DNA from: an uncultured archaeon
Lineage (GTDB): Archaea > Iainarchaeota > Iainarchaeia > Iainarchaeales > CSSED10-239
Length of the DNA: 10,118 bases
Direction of reading: 5' to 3'
Assembly (NCBI GenBank): GCA_964463155.1
Contig: CAYXAY010000027.1
Span: 1 to 10,118 of the forward strand
Part shown: piece after piece, positions 7,011 through 10,118 of the stretch
Numbering within the stretch: position 1 is the stretch's first letter
How the letters are laid out: every line of letters begins with the position of its first letter
Notes under the pieces: generated by a model
What the model saw: only the letters and a program-made list of their open reading frames with translations
The model's database searches: none
Told to the model about the DNA's origin: nothing
Made by a program: the position numbers and the translations under genes

Positions 7011-7325
7011 ATGTTTGATTTTCTAAACACATTTATTGTTTGTTTGCTTATTTTTTTAGCATCACAATACAATTACGATATATTTTCTCCAATTATCATA
7101 ATACTTTATTCCATTTTTTTCCCGGGATTATCAAACCTTGTTTTTGTAGTTTTCTTCGGAATAATAATTTTCTTTAAATTTGGAGAGCTCAATTCTATAT
7201 GGCTGTTTCTTCTAGGACTTTGTGTTTTTGTAATAATTGTCGCATCAATAATTGGCAAAAACAAACAACCGCAAGAAGACAGTGGGGGCTATGAGGATCT
7301 TTTAAAGATGCTTGGCAATCAATAG
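7011..7325 (+). CDS. Small hypothetical membrane protein (3-4 predicted TM segments) with an acidic C-terminal tail
   Basis: 104 aa. The ATG lies 1 nt after the stop of the preceding ORF, and GAGGT at 6996-7000 inside that ORF suggests translational coupling. The hydrophobic core is followed by KNKQPQEDSGGYEDLLKMLGNQ. No family recognised. Confidence 0.55.
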   Translation: MFDFLNTFIVCLLIFLASQYNYDIFSPIIIILYSIFFPGLSNLVFVVFFGIIIFFKFGELNSIWLFLLGLCVFVIIVASIIGKNKQPQEDSGGYEDLLKMLGNQ

Positions 7326-7326
7326 A

Positions 7327-7821
7327 TTATTTAAGCTTATTTAGAATATTTCTATTTTCTTCCAAAATGTCTTTCATAATTTTTGTAAGCCCCGAAATAT
7401 CTGCTTTTATATCCGTTATCTTTTCTTCAAGTTCTGAGATTTGTTTTTTCAGTTCAGAATTAGAGCTATTAGTTTCTATAATTTTTTCAACAATCCTTGG
7501 CTCAGGAATCGTTATCTCAGGAGTAGAGGCAATTACATCTTTGGTTGCTTTCTCTAGATCCTCAGTGGTTGTCTTTGGTTTTGCTCTCGGCAACTCTGAG
7601 GCAGTAACGCTTTTTTCGTACACATTCTTTGCTGGTTTTTCTTGAACAATTTCTTGCGTTTTTGTTTTTGGACTAATGGCTTCTTGATAATATTTATCTA
7701 TATCTTCTAGGTCAACTCCAATTTCCCTTAATGTAATATAGATTGTCTCTTTGTCAACATTTGCTTCTAATAGTTCGTCAATTGTGTCTTTAATTAATTT
7801 TACATCCACCATATGCATCAA
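7327..7821 (-). CDS. Hypothetical protein: small N-terminal helical domain, charged low-complexity linker, C-terminal coiled coil
   Basis: 164-aa ORF. The track start at 7821 is a TTG, and ATGs at 7818 or 7812 are more likely real starts. The N-terminus is VDVKLIKDTIDELLEANVDKETIYITLREIGVDLEDIDKYYQEAI. The middle is rich in K/E/T/P. The C-terminus (ELKKQISELEEKITDIKADISGLTKIMKDILEENRNILNKLK) is heptad-like. An A/T-rich TATA-like stretch at 7833-7858 lies upstream. Confidence 0.6.
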   Translation of the reverse strand: MMHMVDVKLIKDTIDELLEANVDKETIYITLREIGVDLEDIDKYYQEAISPKTKTQEIVQEKPAKNVYEKSVTASELPRAKPKTTTEDLEKATKDVIASTPEITIPEPRIVEKIIETNSSNSELKKQISELEEKITDIKADISGLTKIMKDILEENRNILNKLK

Positions 7822-7893
7822 CTTTCTTAAAGATATATAATATATTATTTATTTAAATGTTTTGATTTAAAGTAAGGTTCTGTAGAAATCCTT

Positions 7894-8100
7894 TTAGAAT
7901 ATTAATATTGTGAAAGAAATAGCTTTTTTGTTTTTACTCAGAGGTTCTAAATTATAAGTTAACACTTTTAGGATAACCTGCTTTTGCGGGTTATCCAGTT
8001 TAGTCGCAGTTACATATTCACCAGTTGTTCGCTTGATTGCAGAGATTACTGATTCAACTATTGATCTTTTGTTATAAGATTTAGTTCTAAATCGTTTCAT
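7894..8100 (-). pseudogene. C-terminal fragment of a DDE transposase (carries the Y-x2-R-x3-E-x6-K motif)
   Basis: SYNKRSIVESVISAIKRTTGEYVTATKLDNPQKQVILKVLTYNL fits the C-terminal Y..R...E......K(R) block of IS4/IS5-type transposases. This reading frame is open further upstream, to 8202 (..SRDNNITVHIPFRKPPSYQSVSDNRIKA-MKRF..), without a start codon. There it overlaps the N-terminal fragment in a different frame. Confidence 0.65.
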
Positions 8101-8105
8101 TGCTT

Positions 8106-8405
8106 TTATTCTGTTATCAGATACTGACTGATAACTTGGCGGTTTTCTAAATGGTATGTGTACTGTGATGTTATTATCCCGACTAGTTTTTGTAAAATGT
8201 CCTTACTAATTTTACTTACAAATTTTTGTAAGGTTGTAAAGTGCGGTAACTTCTGGATGCCAAGCATTCGTAAGATATTTATGTCGTTTAACAATTCTGT
8301 TAAACGACGATAAGAACATTTGTGTCGTTCTTTTAAAATCAGCAAATATATATGAACAAAATTATTGTAAAGCTTGTAAGAGTACTTAGGAAAATGAAAA
8401 GGCAA
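8106..8405 (-). pseudogene. N-terminal (helix-turn-helix region) fragment of the same transposase
   Basis: YKLYNNFVHIYLLILKERHKCSYRRLTELLNDINILRMLGIQKLPHFTTLQKFVSKISKDILQKL resembles the N-terminal DNA-binding region of archaeal IS4/IS5-type transposases, including the PHFTTLxKF motif. The frame is open upstream to 8486 (SFLLNILQPISFNAFFKRVERVFGEVR-LPFHF) but contains no ATG. The first and second catalytic Asp regions are missing. Confidence 0.65.
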
Positions 8406-8571
8406 TCTAACTTCACCAAAAACTCGTTCAACTCGTTTGAAAAAAGCATTAAAACTTATCGGTTGTAGTATATTTAACAGAAAACTTCAAAATATATCTG
8501 TCGCAGGCCATATATATTATTATGTTACATAAAAATTAGGAGTTATAGAGGGGTTCTACAACCCCATTAAG

Positions 8572-8579
8572 TATAAATA
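8572..8579 (+). promoter_or_regulatory. Archaeal TATA-box candidate (TATAAATA) for the 479-aa gene; implies a leaderless or near-leaderless mRNA
   Basis: TATAAATA ends 25 nt before ATG 8604. Archaeal TATA boxes are centred roughly 26-27 nt upstream of the transcription start, which places the start at or next to the ATG. No Shine-Dalgarno sequence is visible in between. Confidence 0.4.
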
Positions 8580-8603
8580 GAATAAAAACAATTGTAGTTA
8601 ACT

Positions 8604-10043
8604 ATGATGCAAGTAACAACATGGAATACTCTGTTTGAAGGAGTATATGGGCAAAAGAAACTAACAATATTCTTTAATGATGACTACTTCATATCTGTGC
8701 TTAGATCCAAAGACCCTTCAACAATACTTGTCCAGCTATACAAGGTTTTTGCAGTAGATGGGGACATAGAGTTATTTGCAGAAACGTTACCAAATCAATG
8801 TATGGTCTATGAAAAGCATTTTGATATAGGCGAGAAAAACACCTACAAGTTCTTTGTGTTAAACACAGAAACAGAAATAATTGATTCTTTGCAATTAAAC
8901 GAACACATTGAAAGAAAAATGCTACAGTTAAACAAAACAACCAGTTCAATAGTTTCAATAATCAAATCCTATAACATTAAGCTATTGTCATTAAAGATGC
9001 TACCCGAAAATGTAAAGAGCTATTTTTTCTCAGATCCGTTTGTTGTCAAAGTTCTAACAAACCTTCCTAATGCCCTTGATTTTTCTACAATATCTTCTGT
9101 TGACAAATTATTGATAGGAAGAAAAAACGGAGTTACAATAAACGCAAGTCTTGAGAACCTAAAATCAATAACAGTGACTGGGGGAAAAGAAGAAGAAAGA
9201 TTGTTTGCAACAAAAGTCATAGCGGAAAATTATCTTTTGTCTTCAAAGAAGGTAATAGTCTTTGACAACACAGGAGTCTTTAGAACATTGTCCTTTCCTC
9301 AACAAAAAGAGGAACTGCTTGATGCTTTCGATATGAAGATATCCCCGTTTGGATTTCCTTCAAACACCATCCCTTACTTTAAAATAAAACTGCCGTTGTC
9401 AATAATTCCAAAAGCCGCATTTGTAAATATCTTTAGATTCTTAGGAATATCAACAAAGATTATTGATCAAGCTTATGGTGATAATCTTAAAACTATTGAG
9501 GACTTAAAAAAAAAAATAATTTCTTTAGACATAACAGACGAAATTACTGATTTTGAAAAATGGAGAATGATTTCCAAGTTAAACATCATTGAGGAGAAAT
9601 ACGGAACAAATTTTGGAAACACAGATCTTTCAATAATTTTTGAAGCCGCACACAAAAACATAGGTTCGAGTAAAATTCTTTTAATTGACAGAACAGACCC
9701 TTTGTTTGTTTATTATGTTTATGGAATTATAAAAAAATTGTCTGAAGAACTAAAAGAAGACATATTGATAGTAATCCCCCAAGCAAGTGAAATATTTAAT
9801 AGTGTTATAATTGGTGGAGAGCTATTAACAATACTAAAAGAAACGCCAAAGTTTCATTATTGCCTAAACTCTGAATATCTTAGTGATTTTAGGGACCAAT
9901 CTCCAGCAAAGGTAAAGATAGAAATAATCTCAGAAAATGACGTTGTTATAAGATATCCAGACAAAGACCCTTTAAGGCTTCTTTTAAGACCAACTTTAAC
10001 AAGCTGTAGCATAGACATAAGAAAAGAAGAATCTATAGTCTAG
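8604..10043 (+). CDS. Orphan 479-aa protein, possibly a divergent or inactivated FtsK/HerA-superfamily (DUF87-like) P-loop NTPase
   Basis: Long uninterrupted ORF with no competing frame. The motif order resembles a HerA-type core: SITVTGGKEEE (aa 188-198), VIVFDNTGVF (aa 217-226), ILLIDRTD (aa 358-365), LIVIPQASEI (aa 388-397). The coding call is solid. The functional call is tentative. Confidence 0.7.
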   Translation: MMQVTTWNTLFEGVYGQKKLTIFFNDDYFISVLRSKDPSTILVQLYKVFAVDGDIELFAETLPNQCMVYEKHFDIGEKNTYKFFVLNTETEIIDSLQLNEHIERKMLQLNKTTSSIVSIIKSYNIKLLSLKMLPENVKSYFFSDPFVVKVLTNLPNALDFSTISSVDKLLIGRKNGVTINASLENLKSITVTGGKEEERLFATKVIAENYLLSSKKVIVFDNTGVFRTLSFPQQKEELLDAFDMKISPFGFPSNTIPYFKIKLPLSIIPKAAFVNIFRFLGISTKIIDQAYGDNLKTIEDLKKKIISLDITDEITDFEKWRMISKLNIIEEKYGTNFGNTDLSIIFEAAHKNIGSSKILLIDRTDPLFVYYVYGIIKKLSEELKEDILIVIPQASEIFNSVIIGGELLTILKETPKFHYCLNSEYLSDFRDQSPAKVKIEIISENDVVIRYPDKDPLRLLLRPTLTSCSIDIRKEESIV

Positions 10044-10054
10044 TTCTAAAAACC

Positions 10055-10087
10055 CCCAAAACCGGCTTTGGGACAAAACTATTTTGT
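10055..10087 (+). terminator. Two consecutive small hairpins downstream of the 479-aa gene (possible transcript end)
   Basis: The first hairpin is CCCAAA (10055-10060) / TTTGGG (10067-10072) with loop ACCGGC. The second is ACAAAA-CTA-TTTTGT (10073-10087), which contains a T4 run. They start 12 nt after the TAG stop. Archaeal termination mostly relies on T-runs, so this is weak. Confidence 0.3.
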
Positions 10088-10118
10088 AACTATAACATAA
10101 ACTCTTTTTCCAATATAT

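Larger units (their letters stand above)
7874..8566 (-). mobile_element. Internally deleted, non-autonomous IS remnant (IS4/IS5-superfamily DDE transposase type); boundaries tentative
   Basis: The element contains N- and C-terminal transposase fragments but no central catalytic region. Candidate imperfect terminal inverted repeats are AAGGTTCTGTAGAAATCC (7874-7891) and GGGGTTCTACAACCCC (8550-8565); the reverse complement of the left copy reads ..TTCTACAGAACC.. and the right copy reads ..TTCTACAACC... Similar flanks, TTAAAGT (7867-7873) and TTAAGT (8567-8572), could be a degraded target-site duplication. Confidence 0.5.

Noticed and set aside
8114-8134. Hairpin TTATCAG-ATACTGA-CTGATAA between the two transposase ORFs, considered as the deletion junction or a terminator.
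   Set aside because: Extending the C-terminal fragment frame shows that this sequence lies inside that open frame (..PSYQSVSDNRIK..). The real fragment junction is further upstream, around 8170-8205. A 7-bp A/T-rich stem is also unremarkable in this composition.
8421-8438. Tandem 9-mer AACTCGTTC / AACTCGTTT.
   Set aside because: There are only two copies, and they lie inside the transposase N-terminal reading frame (encoding RVE-RVF). It is a small local duplication, not a repeat array or regulatory iteron.
8677-8683. Perfect box C-like motifs (RUGAUGA): ATGATGA at 8677-8683 (+), the complement of 4403-4409, and GTGATGA as the complement of 2099-2105. These could indicate C/D box sRNAs, given the adjacent nop5-flpA genes.
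   Set aside because: All lie inside coding sequence, where Asp/Glu codon runs (NDD, DDE, SDD) create them. None has a suitably spaced box D (CTGA), a terminal stem or a D'/C' pair. No candidate was found in any intergenic region.
1-10118. Search by eye for tRNA, rRNA, CRISPR repeats, long direct repeats or structured GC-rich RNA islands.
   Set aside because: The non-coding space is tiny. The longest stretches are 5979-6117, 7822-7893, 8406-8603 and 10044-10118. None contains a cloverleaf-sized GC-rich segment, regularly spaced repeats or rRNA-like sequence.

Overview
Visibly AT-rich, very tightly packed archaeal chromosome segment. The archaeal assignment rests on markers specific to archaea and eukaryotes: fibrillarin, Nop5, ribosomal proteins L35Ae (eL33) and L15e (eL15), and an archaeal-type RNase HII. 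Short proteins, 1-nt gene junctions and a decaying transporter gene suggest a reduced-genome, DPANN-like archaeon; this is inference, not shown. I count 14 apparently intact CDS. They include a minus-strand rpl35ae-nop5-flpA-(Ddl-like ATP-grasp) cluster and an rpl15e gene followed by two coupled small membrane proteins. There is also one heavily decayed CaCA (Na+/Ca2+ antiporter family) pseudogene with at least six lesions, and one internally deleted IS (DDE transposase) remnant. Just past the IS remnant lies an orphan 479-aa protein whose motif order resembles a FtsK/HerA-type P-loop ATPase with degenerate catalytic motifs. That protein is the most interesting candidate, followed by a minimal box C/D RNP: Nop5 without its fibrillarin-binding N-terminal domain, paired with a shortened fibrillarin. 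I saw no rRNA, tRNA or CRISPR array. All family calls come from reading the translations and recalling family consensus motifs. No searches were run.
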